From: a virus
Taxonomy: Duplodnaviria > Caudoviricetes
Strand: one strand, 5' to 3'
DNA length: 60,358 nt
IMG/VR virus record: IMGVR_UViG_3300042884_000410
Coordinates: 1 to 60,358 of that record
The translations under genes were made by a program, and so were the position numbers. Of the stretch, positions 1 through 7,274 are shown in pieces (position 1 is the stretch's first letter; the number at the start of each line of letters is the position of its first letter). The notes beneath the pieces are model-generated. The model saw nothing but the letters and a program-made list of their open reading frames with translations, searched no databases and had not been told where the DNA came from.

Positions 1-303
1 ACAGGGGGGGAACTAACACATAGGCACGGGGGCGCGGGGGGGCCCGGGAGCCCGCACGGAGCCCGCACAGGCCCGCGCTTCTTCGTGCGCATGGGGCAGC
101 GCGGGACCGCTCAAAGGCCCGCAGAACCGCAGCCTCGCAGCCTCGCGGGCATTCCCGGGCGGGGGCATGGTGCAAAAGGTCCGGTTGGCCCCTGTTTACG
201 GGGGCCAACCACAGCCGTTTTCTGACCAGTTTCGGCTGACCACCACCCCACCCACCACCCCACCGCTGATCGGCCCACAGGCAGGCAGCCACGGGCTCAG
301 GAA
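1..303. repeat. Left terminal direct repeat (imperfect copy of 60056-60358)
   Basis: Colinear with 60056-60358; 12 substitutions, all between positions 98 and 176; contains hairpin GGTTGGCCCC/GGGGCCAACC at 183-210. Confidence 0.95.
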
Positions 304-397
304 AGCATCGCAGCGCGGCAGGCAGGAAAGCAGCGCGGTCGGTGTGCGGGAAAGCAGCGCAGCCCACGGGAAGCATCGCAGCGCGGGAAAGCAGCGC
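300..397 (+). repeat. Five short direct repeats GG(A/G)AAGCA(G/T)CGC next to the terminus
   Basis: Copies at 300-311, 325-336, 349-360, 368-379, 386-397. Confidence 0.8.
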
Positions 398-499
398 GGT
401 CGGCAGGCTTCCCGGTCGGTCGGCATCTTCCCCGCATTGTTCGCCCTGGCCGCGCTGTTTTTCGCGCTCTCTCGCGTGTGCGCTGTCTTACGCACGCGG

Positions 500-526
500 A
501 ATTTCTGAAAGAAATTTGGCCCAGTT
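500..526 (+). promoter_or_regulatory. Hairpin-box element copy 1 (7-bp stem, GNA loop, then GCCCAGT)
   Basis: AATTTCT-GAA-AGAAATT-T-GGCCCAGTT, upstream of the first early gene. Confidence 0.7.
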
Positions 527-586
527 GGTTGGTGTCGACATCGATCACTTCGGTCGGTGCCGGCAATCCTCTTCGGAGCCACCAAC

Positions 587-1354
587 ATGGCAAAGCCCAC
601 CAAGCCCCTCGGGATCGTTCTCCACCGTGGCCGCTCTCCGTTTGCAGACGGCCAGTATGTCGTGATCGCCCTCCTGGGCAAGTCGAGCAACGAGAAGACG
701 GGGGGCATGATCCAAACGTATGTGATCGTTGACGATGCGGCCAAGCCCACCGAAACGGTTAAGGCGGGGACCGACAGCATCGTGTGCGGCGACTGTCCCC
801 TCCGTGGCATCCTCGGGAAGATGGGCCGCGCCTGCTATGTGAACCTTGGGCAGGGGCCGCGAGCGGTTCATCAAGCGTACCTTGCGGGCAAATACGCGGA
901 GTACGATCCCGCGATCCACGACAGATTTTTCGCCGGGAAGATGATCCGGTGGGGCACCTACGGCGAGCCGGTTTTGATCCCCCTGGCGACGGTTCAACAC
1001 CTCAATGGGCTGGCGAGCGGGTGGACGGGCTACACCCACCAGTGGAGCAAGCCGGAATTCGCAGCCTACCGAGACGTTTTCATGGCCAGTGTCCACGACA
1101 GCCGCTCGGCTGACCACGCGAAGCACCTCGGCTGGCGGTACTTCAGGTCGGCGGTTGACGCTACCCCCGGCCCTGGCGAGATCGTGTGCCCCGCCTCGAA
1201 AGAGGCTGGCAAGCGCACCACCTGCGCCGACTGTGGCATCTGCAACGGTCGTGGTCCGAATGACACCCCCAACCGGGTTTCGGTCGTGATCGCGATTCAC
1301 GGCGGGTTCGGTGTGATGGCAGCCGCCAAACACACCCCCGCCATCGCGTCTTAA
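587..1354 (+). CDS. Cys-rich phage protein, Gp88-like (putative Fe-S/metal-binding)
   Basis: GGAG RBS then ATG 587; motifs SSNEKTGGM, CGDCPLR..CY, WTGYTHQW, CPAS..TCADCGIC. Confidence 0.6.
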   Translation: MAKPTKPLGIVLHRGRSPFADGQYVVIALLGKSSNEKTGGMIQTYVIVDDAAKPTETVKAGTDSIVCGDCPLRGILGKMGRACYVNLGQGPRAVHQAYLAGKYAEYDPAIHDRFFAGKMIRWGTYGEPVLIPLATVQHLNGLASGWTGYTHQWSKPEFAAYRDVFMASVHDSRSADHAKHLGWRYFRSAVDATPGPGEIVCPASKEAGKRTTCADCGICNGRGPNDTPNRVSVVIAIHGGFGVMAAAKHTPAIAS

Positions 1355-1380
1355 ATCCCCGAAGGGGATTCAGCCCAGTT
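1354..1380 (+). promoter_or_regulatory. Hairpin-box element copy 2
   Basis: AATCCCC-GAA-GGGGATT-C-AGCCCAGTT. Confidence 0.75.
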
Positions 1381-1387
1381 GATTGGC

Positions 1388-1437
1388 AGCGGTTGGCTGA
1401 CGGAAGCCACACCCCGGTTCGATTCCGGGGGACCGCT
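1388..1437 (+). ncRNA. tRNA-like three-way junction, copy 1 (no anticodon arm)
   Basis: P1 AGCGGTT/GACCGCT; P2 GGCT-GACGGA-AGCC; P3 CCCCGG-TTCGATT-CCGGGG (T-loop). Confidence 0.7.
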
Positions 1438-1477
1438 CTGTTTCGCGTTCGGTTCACCACACCAGAGGGCATTCACG

Positions 1478-1702
1478 ATGGCACGACACCACGACAGCGA
1501 CGGTTACATCTCCGCAAAGCACACCGCTGTGGCAATGGCGCAGCACACCAACCAAACCCGCTATGTGATCGAAATCGACAGCGGAGAGGGGCGGGCTTTC
1601 ACCTCCTGCGGAGAGGACTACATCGACGGGCCGGAATACATCGCGTTCGACGGGATGGTGTATGCGACCGTCTACCCGGACGGGGAAATCCACGCGGAGT
1701 GA
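1478..1702 (+). CDS. Hypothetical protein, 74 aa
   Basis: GAGGG RBS, ATG 1478 (MARHHDSDG), acidic small ORF between repeated elements. Confidence 0.75.
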   Translation: MARHHDSDGYISAKHTAVAMAQHTNQTRYVIEIDSGEGRAFTSCGEDYIDGPEYIAFDGMVYATVYPDGEIHAE

Positions 1703-1709
1703 AGCGACG

Positions 1710-1758
1710 GCGGCTGGCAGACGGGAGCCACCACCCTGGTCCGATTCCAGGGGGCCGC
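1710..1758 (+). ncRNA. tRNA-like three-way junction, copy 2
   Basis: P1 GCGGCT/GGCCGC; P2 GGC-AGACGGGA-GCC; P3 CCCTGG-TCCGATT-CCAGGG; compensatory changes versus copy 1. Confidence 0.7.
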
Positions 1759-1799
1759 ATTGGTTACGGGTTCGGGTTCACACACTGAGGGCATTCACG

Positions 1800-2198
1800 A
1801 TGGCTGAAACACTGACGATTGGCGACGTTGTTCTGACGGTCTGCGGACGGGATCGGGACTGGAAGGGCCGCACTTGTTACGAGGTGTCGATTGCCTTCCC
1901 CGAAGGGTATTCCTACACCGACAAGCACGGGGAAACGCAGTTCATCGACCGGGGATTCATCCACCGGGAACGTGACCTGCGGTCTGGCTGCCACGGCGGA
2001 ACGGAACGCGACGGCATGGAATCCCTCCTGGGATTTCTGACGGCGGCGGCGGAATCGCATGGCTACACCGTGCGGACGGGCCGCGAGAGCGACAACAGCG
2101 ACCTGTTCCCCGCCTTCATCGTGGAATGGGCTTACCAGAATGCTGACGAGATCAGCATCGCATCCTTCGATACGGATCGCCCTCTCACGGGTGCGTAA
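1800..2198 (+). CDS. Hypothetical protein, 132 aa
   Basis: Leader GAGGGCATTCACG-ATGGC identical to that of the 1478 gene. Confidence 0.8.
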   Translation: MAETLTIGDVVLTVCGRDRDWKGRTCYEVSIAFPEGYSYTDKHGETQFIDRGFIHRERDLRSGCHGGTERDGMESLLGFLTAAAESHGYTVRTGRESDNSDLFPAFIVEWAYQNADEISIASFDTDRPLTGA

Positions 2199-2223
2199 TC
2201 TCCGAAGGAGATTCAGCCCAGTC
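2197..2223 (+). promoter_or_regulatory. Hairpin-box element copy 3
   Basis: AATCTCC-GAA-GGAGATT-C-AGCCCAGTC; C-G to T-A covariation versus copy 2. Confidence 0.75.
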
Positions 2224-2230
2224 CATTGGC

Positions 2231-2277
2231 AGCGACGTTGGTTGACCGCAAGGGTGGTTCGATTCCGCCCTGTCGCT
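2231..2277 (+). ncRNA. tRNA-like three-way junction, copy 3
   Basis: P1 AGCGACG/TGTCGCT; weak P2 TTG..CAA; P3 GGGTGG-TTCGATT-CCGCCC. Confidence 0.65.
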
Positions 2278-2312
2278 CTGGTTCGATTGTCCACACCTTG
2301 GGAGACACGACG

Positions 2313-2708
2313 ATGCACACGCCAAACATTCCGCAGAAAACTCTCCCGGCCCACTTCATGGTCGGTGACGATGGCAACCTGTACCGCGAGGTCAGGGTTG
2401 CAGGGGGGCTTTCGTTTGTCCCGGTTCGGCTTCTCTACCGCTACCACCACCGGACCATCCGGTCTGTGGCTGACATGAAAGCCTGCCTGCGGGCCGGGAA
2501 ATACGCTTGGCCCGGTGGCTATGCCTGCTACTTCATCACCTCTGACGGGGAAATCCTGTCCTTTGAGGCAGTGCGGGAGGAACTGACGCAGGTCATGGAC
2601 GCAATCAAGCACAACCTGCGGTCTGGCTGGAAGGTGGTCGGCATGGCCTGCACCGCAGAGGACGACGAAACCGCACGGTGCTGCCACACCGGCAAGGAAA
2701 TCGACTGA
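2313..2708 (+). CDS. Phage hypothetical protein (AWPGGY motif)
   Basis: GGAG RBS, ATG 2313; KYAWPGGYACYFITSDG...RCCHTG. Confidence 0.8.
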   Translation: MHTPNIPQKTLPAHFMVGDDGNLYREVRVAGGLSFVPVRLLYRYHHRTIRSVADMKACLRAGKYAWPGGYACYFITSDGEILSFEAVREELTQVMDAIKHNLRSGWKVVGMACTAEDDETARCCHTGKEID

Positions 2709-2715
2709 CGGCACC

Positions 2716-2766
2716 CTGCCACCCCCTCTGTTCAGAGCAGAGGGGAGAGTTGGGGATCGTTGGGTT
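2716..2766 (+). repeat. Second intergenic repeat family, copy A
   Basis: CTGCCA-CCCC(stem-loop)GGGG-nnAGTTGGGGATCG; homologous to 3491-3539. Confidence 0.6.
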
Positions 2767-2788
2767 ACACACACGAAGGAGGTGGCAC

Positions 2789-3031
2789 ATGCCACGGATC
2801 GCAGTCTGCTTGAACATCGCGGAGATCAATGACCCGCACTTCTCCGGGGAGAACGATTACCCGGACTACTGCCGCCGGTGCTATGCGAAGGCCAGCGAGG
2901 CGAAGATTGCCCAGGAATACGGGGTGCCGCTGGAGGCAGTGGAAAAGATTGGTGACGAACACCCTGGGTATGAGGGTGAGGACTACACATGCACGGCTTG
3001 CAACAAAACCCTGACCGGAAAGGATGACTGA
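2789..3031 (+). CDS. Small putative Zn-binding protein, 80 aa
   Basis: AAGGAGGT RBS; CRRC...H...CTAC. Confidence 0.8.
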   Translation: MPRIAVCLNIAEINDPHFSGENDYPDYCRRCYAKASEAKIAQEYGVPLEAVEKIGDEHPGYEGEDYTCTACNKTLTGKDD

Positions 3032-3033
3032 CC

Positions 3034-3258
3034 ATGACTGACCAGTTCACCAAGCCGATTGACATCGACATCGTAGCCCGCAACCTGTTCGGGATTACGG
3101 GGCCGGAACTGCGGGCCATCATGCAGAAAGCTGGGATGCCCTGCGATGGGCCGACCGTGAAGCTGTTGGATGCCGTGAAAGCAGGAAGCATGTGCCCCCC
3201 CGTGCGTGACGAGAGGGCCGAAGAATTGCGGATGACTCGTATGAGAAGGGAGCGATGA
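3034..3258 (+). CDS. Hypothetical protein, 74 aa
   Basis: Tightly packed ORF in early operon. Confidence 0.7.
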   Translation: MTDQFTKPIDIDIVARNLFGITGPELRAIMQKAGMPCDGPTVKLLDAVKAGSMCPPVRDERAEELRMTRMRRER

Positions 3259-3479
3259 TGACCCACACAACGACGGTTGACCTGACCAGAGGTGAGCTTT
3301 CCATCCTTGCTACCTCTCTGGAAAGAGAGTGGCAGCGGACGAGCAAGCTGTGGACCGATGGTAACCGGGACGGTTGGTATGACGAGAAGGCGAAGGAGCG
3401 GGTGGAAGTCCACCTGTACGAGACTGACAAGCTGTTCAACAAACTCAGGAAGCTAATCAAGGAGATGGACAATCGCTGA
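3255..3479 (+). CDS. Hypothetical protein, 74 aa
   Basis: GGAG RBS, ATGA overlap with upstream gene. Confidence 0.75.
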   Translation: MMTHTTTVDLTRGELSILATSLEREWQRTSKLWTDGNRDGWYDEKAKERVEVHLYETDKLFNKLRKLIKEMDNR

Positions 3480-3490
3480 TCTGCGGCCCA

Positions 3491-3539
3491 CTGCCAACCC
3501 CCGTGACTGAGACACGGGGGCCAGTTGTGGATCGGGGTT
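3491..3539 (+). repeat. Second intergenic repeat family, copy B
   Basis: CTGCCA-ACCCCC(stem-loop)GGGGG-CCAGTTGTGGATCG; homologous to 2716-2766. Confidence 0.6.
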
Positions 3540-3559
3540 CGACTAACAAGGGAGGTGTA

Positions 3560-3793
3560 ATGGTTCCGTATTTCACCACGACGGCACGGCTGAAGGAGCG
3601 GGTGGGTTGTTACGGTCTGTCGATAGAGACTGGTGCGGCTGGCGAGGAGGTGGGCGTGAAGCTGTATGTGGCTCCAGGTTTTTCCGCCTCGCAATCCGAC
3701 GCCTGGGAGATCACGACGGGGCGTATGAAAGGTTCATTCATCGACGGCAAGTTGTTGTCGTTCGACCTACCCACCAGTGAAGGAGGTGAGTGA
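3560..3793 (+). CDS. Hypothetical protein, 77 aa
   Basis: GGAGGT RBS, ATG 3560. Confidence 0.7.
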   Translation: MVPYFTTTARLKERVGCYGLSIETGAAGEEVGVKLYVAPGFSASQSDAWEITTGRMKGSFIDGKLLSFDLPTSEGGE

Positions 3794-3996
3794 TGCAGAC
3801 ACAAAAGGTTAGCGAACTGAATGTGGGCGACCGCATTCGCTTCAACGACGAAGACTATGTGGTGTCAGGCGTGGACTGGCTGGCGCGTCATGACTGTGCG
3901 GTGTACCTGTGCAACGAGCAGGCAACCGACTGGCGATTGCCGCTTCAAGCTGGCGACAAGGTAGAGGTTGTGAGTTTCTCAACGGAGGACGAGTGA
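3793..3996 (+). CDS. Hypothetical protein (small beta-rich)
   Basis: AGGAGGT RBS, TGATG coupling; ELNVGDRI. Confidence 0.75.
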   Translation: MQTQKVSELNVGDRIRFNDEDYVVSGVDWLARHDCAVYLCNEQATDWRLPLQAGDKVEVVSFSTEDE

Positions 3997-4229
3997 TGAG
4001 CAAGCGTGACGGGTGGCGGGTTGGGCATTCCGTTGTCGCATGGGAGTTGGCACTGCCGTATAGCAATGCTCGGCTCCGGTGTCTCAACAGCCCTTTGCTG
4101 CACAGGCGCATGGCAACCATCATGGATGACGCATGGGCAGATGATGCCGATCACCTACGGTGGGTGAACACGGCGAAGGTGGCAGAGATCGTGAAGTGGG
4201 CGGAAGCAATCGAAAGGAATGGTGAGTGA
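3996..4229 (+). CDS. Hypothetical protein, 77 aa
   Basis: GGAGG RBS, TGATG coupling. Confidence 0.7.
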   Translation: MSKRDGWRVGHSVVAWELALPYSNARLRCLNSPLLHRRMATIMDDAWADDADHLRWVNTAKVAEIVKWAEAIERNGE

Positions 4230-4486
4230 TGTGGCAGAGCGAGGAGAGTGGCAGGGAGCGGGATGCTCGTTGGCGCAAGCGTGTCAACCAACTGGCCGAT
4301 GAGGCGGCGCAGCACGGCGACCTACTTGGTGCCGCACTGTGTGCCAAGGCATTGGGTGATGATCTCCGTGGGTATGCACTGAACGAGGCACAGCGGGAGA
4401 ACGTGGAGTCAGCAACGAAAGAGGAAGTGATTCGACAGGTCAACCATATGCTGCACGATGAGGCAGCAAGAAAGGCAGGTGGCTGA
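4229..4486 (+). CDS. Hypothetical protein, 85 aa
   Basis: TGATG coupling on both sides. Confidence 0.75.
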   Translation: MWQSEESGRERDARWRKRVNQLADEAAQHGDLLGAALCAKALGDDLRGYALNEAQRENVESATKEEVIRQVNHMLHDEAARKAGG

Positions 4487-4695
4487 TGAGCGGACACAAG
4501 GTGATCTATCACACCGTCCAGACCCAGCACCGACTGAGCGAAAGCTCGGCACGGGGTGAGGTTGTCGGTGTGTTTGAGGTGTGGGCGAGGGACACAGCCA
4601 TCGGAAATTCATGGCTTGTGGCAAAGTGCGAGACTCGTTCAGAGGCGGATGAGATTACGAAGAAACACAAGGCAGGAAAGGAAGGCGAGCGATGA
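4486..4695 (+). CDS. Hypothetical protein, 69 aa
   Basis: Coupled ORF in early operon. Confidence 0.7.
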   Translation: MSGHKVIYHTVQTQHRLSESSARGEVVGVFEVWARDTAIGNSWLVAKCETRSEADEITKKHKAGKEGER

Positions 4696-5000
4696 GAACG
4701 ACGATGACCCTGGTGCTGGCACTGGTAGCTGGCACCGCATTCGGTCAGTACCCCGTGCCAGGATGGGGCTACTTCAACAAGGCTGAAGCCATGCAGCAAC
4801 AGGCATGGCAGAACCAGCAATGGCAGCGTGAGCAGCGGGAGAAGGAAGCGAACTACCTATGGGGCGGCGACCCTATGGAGTACGCAGAGCGAGGTGCCCG
4901 CATTCGGATGATGAAGGAACAGACCCGGGCCCTGCGGTTGCAGAATGACTACCGCGAGAAGACGGGCAACCCCTTCATCGACAACAATCCGTTTCGTTAG
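4692..5000 (+). CDS. Putative exported small protein
   Basis: Signal-peptide-like N-terminus MRTTMTLVLALVAGTAFG-Q. Confidence 0.7.
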   Translation: MRTTMTLVLALVAGTAFGQYPVPGWGYFNKAEAMQQQAWQNQQWQREQREKEANYLWGGDPMEYAERGARIRMMKEQTRALRLQNDYREKTGNPFIDNNPFR

Positions 5001-5029
5001 TTGACAATGTACGCATGTATATGTAGACT
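5001..5029 (+). promoter_or_regulatory. Sigma70-type promoter
   Basis: TTGACA (5001-5006), 17-nt spacer, TAGACT (5024-5029). Confidence 0.85.
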
Positions 5030-5039
5030 CGCGGGCACG

Positions 5040-5066
5040 AAGTAACGGAGTTACTTCAGCCCAGTT
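5040..5066 (+). promoter_or_regulatory. Hairpin-box element copy 4
   Basis: AAGTAAC-GGA-GTTACTT-C-AGCCCAGTT, just downstream of the predicted start site. Confidence 0.75.
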
Positions 5067-5081
5067 AGATAGCAACGACAA

Positions 5082-5130
5082 GGACAGACCCCGGCAGCCA
5101 ACTTCGGCTGACCGGGGTCTGTTCGTTTTT
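5082..5130 (+). terminator. Intrinsic terminator-like hairpin in the leader of the DUF932 gene
   Basis: GGACAGACCCCGG/CCGGGGTCTGTTC stem plus inner CAGCC/GGCTG, followed by GTTTTT. Confidence 0.7.
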
Positions 5131-5143
5131 ACCCCCAAAGGAA

Positions 5144-6019
5144 ATGACCATGACCCCTCTCAACAGTTCGATTGTCGAGCGTGTCCGCAACTTCTTCCCC
5201 GATGTGACCAAGCAGTCGCTGTACTCGCCGGACATGAAGCCCACTCCTCACTGCGGCCTGTTCCGCAATGACACCGGGGCTTGCTTCGGTCCTGCGGTCA
5301 GTGCCAACTACGAGCTTCACACCACCGATGACATCTGTGCCCTGGTGGAAGCGAGCGAGCCGGTGCTGGGTGAGTGCGGCGACGTTCAGTTGGGCTTCCG
5401 CGATGGACACTATGTCTCCATCCAGCCCACCAAGGAGCATCTGTTTACCGTTCACAAGAACGACACGGTGTTCCCCCGGCTGATCGTGACGGCCCGCTAT
5501 GGCGAGGCTTTCACTGCCACCATCGGGTTGTTCCGGGTGGTGTGCGGCAACCTCGCCATCTTCCAGAAGGTGGCGGGAACCTCGGTGCGGATCAGGCACA
5601 CCTACTCCCTCCGCTCCAAGATGGAAGACCTGATCGAAGACTTCCACTCCCTGCGGAATGGGGTGGGCAACCTTGAGGTGGCCATCAGAGAGATGGCTGA
5701 CCGCAAGGTGCGTCTGGCTGATTTCCTCGACGGCATCTACGGCACTCCGCTTGAGAGTGCAACGGAGCGGTCGATCACCATGCACCGCAACCGCACTGAG
5801 CAGATCGTGCGGCGGCTGATGCGTGAGCAGGTTGCATTGGGTGAGCCCACTGCAATCAACGAGGTCAGTGCATGGGCCGCATTCAATGCGGTCCAGGGGT
5901 TCATCCAGCATGACTCCCGCCGCAAGGGCAAGCCGGGTGATTTCGACCGGGCCATCATGGCTCTGTCGGACGCGAAGGTGATGCAGGCACAACACCTCGC
6001 TCTCACCATGTCGGTCTAG
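5144..6019 (+). CDS. DUF932-family phage/plasmid protein
   Basis: GLFRNDTG..VSANYE; GLFRVVCGN; VRIRHT; SAWAAFNAVQGF. Confidence 0.8.
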   Translation: MTMTPLNSSIVERVRNFFPDVTKQSLYSPDMKPTPHCGLFRNDTGACFGPAVSANYELHTTDDICALVEASEPVLGECGDVQLGFRDGHYVSIQPTKEHLFTVHKNDTVFPRLIVTARYGEAFTATIGLFRVVCGNLAIFQKVAGTSVRIRHTYSLRSKMEDLIEDFHSLRNGVGNLEVAIREMADRKVRLADFLDGIYGTPLESATERSITMHRNRTEQIVRRLMREQVALGEPTAINEVSAWAAFNAVQGFIQHDSRRKGKPGDFDRAIMALSDAKVMQAQHLALTMSV

Positions 6020-6031
6020 TCACAAGGCAGT

Positions 6032-6064
6032 GCGGGGCGGGGAGTGCGTTGCTCCTCGCCCCGC
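6032..6064 (+). terminator. GC-rich intergenic hairpin (no U tract)
   Basis: GCGGGGCGGGGAGT/GCTCCTCGCCCCGC. Confidence 0.45.
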
Positions 6065-6084
6065 TGGCCACAAGGGGAACGAAC

Positions 6085-6396
6085 ATGAACAGGCTGACTG
6101 AATACCGAATGAGCGAGCGACGGCTACTGAAACCGGGCACACGATTCACCGCACGGGGCGGGCCGGTCTACCAGCTAGCCGATGGGACTGCCGTGCCCCT
6201 GGCATCACGCGGACCCTTTGAGTTCATCGCCTACTGCCAAGCGGATGGGTACGACTTCATCCAGGCACGGGACAGGGATGGGTGTAGTGCGGTGCTGCAC
6301 CTGTCTGGGCACCGGCAGACTGTCAGCCCAGAGATTATCGGCAGGCCATACCAACTAGGGAAAGTGTTCCGTAAGAAGCAACCACGGAGGAAGTGA
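6085..6396 (+). CDS. Hypothetical protein, 103 aa
   Basis: AAGGGG RBS, ATG 6085. Confidence 0.7.
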   Translation: MNRLTEYRMSERRLLKPGTRFTARGGPVYQLADGTAVPLASRGPFEFIAYCQADGYDFIQARDRDGCSAVLHLSGHRQTVSPEIIGRPYQLGKVFRKKQPRRK

Positions 6397-6572
6397 TGTT
6401 CAAGCACAGCTATAGGCACGGACTGGCCCAGGCTGAGAGCGAGATGATTCGGCAGCTTCGGCTCAAGGGATTCGCTATCGTAGTGATGAAGGCCGGGGCT
6501 CTGGAACGAGGCGCAGTGGAGGAAGCCATGCGGAAGGCAGCCAAGACAACCATGAAAGAGAGGGTGACATGA
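6396..6572 (+). CDS. Hypothetical protein, 58 aa (not in ORF track)
   Basis: GGAG RBS; MFKHSYRHG...KERVT fills the gap with coupled start and stop. Confidence 0.7.
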   Translation: MFKHSYRHGLAQAESEMIRQLRLKGFAIVVMKAGALERGAVEEAMRKAAKTTMKERVT

Positions 6573-6826
6573 CCGCACTGATTGAGATCGCGTATCTGTA
6601 CTACTGGTGGACTACGTTCAGCACCTCGTCCACCGATGGTGCGACCTACCGGCAGCGGGCCTGGGTGACTGCCGCCATGATCGTGTTCCTGATTGTGGCC
6701 GGTCACTCCGCGAGCAAGGATTTGTTTGCGGTCCTGGCTGGCTGGGCAGTGGCAGTGGAGGTGGTGTGTTTTGTCCTGGCGTTCATGGACATGGATGACA
6801 GACTCTTTCCCCGGGAGGTGAATTGA
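6569..6826 (+). CDS. Small membrane protein
   Basis: Two hydrophobic segments. Confidence 0.7.
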   Translation: MTALIEIAYLYYWWTTFSTSSTDGATYRQRAWVTAAMIVFLIVAGHSASKDLFAVLAGWAVAVEVVCFVLAFMDMDDRLFPREVN

Positions 6827-7023
6827 TGGACCCATACGAAGAACGGAGCTTGCCCAAGGTGGACTACAAGTCGCTGGAGTGGCGGATGTACCACGCACTG
6901 TCCGCTTGCTACAGCTACCTGGATGAGAACGATCCCAAGCAGAAAGCATTGAAGCAGCTTTGCAATGATCTACCTCGGGAGTACGAGGAGCGGGCTATGC
7001 GTAACCACAAGGAGAGGAACTGA
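6826..7023 (+). CDS. Hypothetical protein, 65 aa
   Basis: GGAGGT RBS, TGATG coupling. Confidence 0.75.
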   Translation: MDPYEERSLPKVDYKSLEWRMYHALSACYSYLDENDPKQKALKQLCNDLPREYEERAMRNHKERN

Positions 7024-7025
7024 CC

Positions 7026-7274
7026 ATGACCAACCCGTGGAAGCAAGAGCTTGACCCGCTGACTGAACGTCAGGAAGAGATACTCAGGTACATCGCAAGG
7101 CACATTGACCTCAATGGATTTCAGCCGTCGATTCGGGAGCTTGGAGAAAGGTTCCGCATCCGCTCTCCCAATGGAGTGGTCGGCCACCTCAAGGCAATGG
7201 AACGCAAGGGTTACTTGTCTCTTAATTCAATGACAGCCCGTGGGATTTCTTTTATGTGGAAGGAGTGGGTCTAA
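7026..7274 (+). CDS. LexA-type DNA-binding domain protein (no peptidase domain)
   Basis: LTERQEEILRYI...GFQPSIRELG..F.IRSPNGVVGHLKAMERKGYL. Confidence 0.9.
   Translation: MTNPWKQELDPLTERQEEILRYIARHIDLNGFQPSIRELGERFRIRSPNGVVGHLKAMERKGYLSLNSMTARGISFMWKEWV

Noticed and set aside
300-397. CRISPR array
   Set aside because: Repeats are 12 bp with 6-13 bp gaps; no cas genes.
545-1333. Long antisense ORFs (also 1764-2795, 24255-25322, 49667-50854, 52912-53865)
   Set aside because: Shadow frames of well-supported genes in GC-rich DNA; no motifs or convincing RBS.
1388-2277. Canonical tRNA genes at the TTCGATT motifs
   Set aside because: About 50 nt each, with no anticodon arm and no CCA.
500-5066. 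N4-type virion RNA polymerase hairpin promoters
   Set aside because: The GNA loop is on the non-template strand, copy 4 lies downstream of a sigma70 promoter, and no virion RNA polymerase was recognised.
500-5073. Integron attC sites
   Set aside because: Only one box gives GTTRRRY, there is no matching RYYYAAC end, and the integrase shows no IntI-specific insertion.
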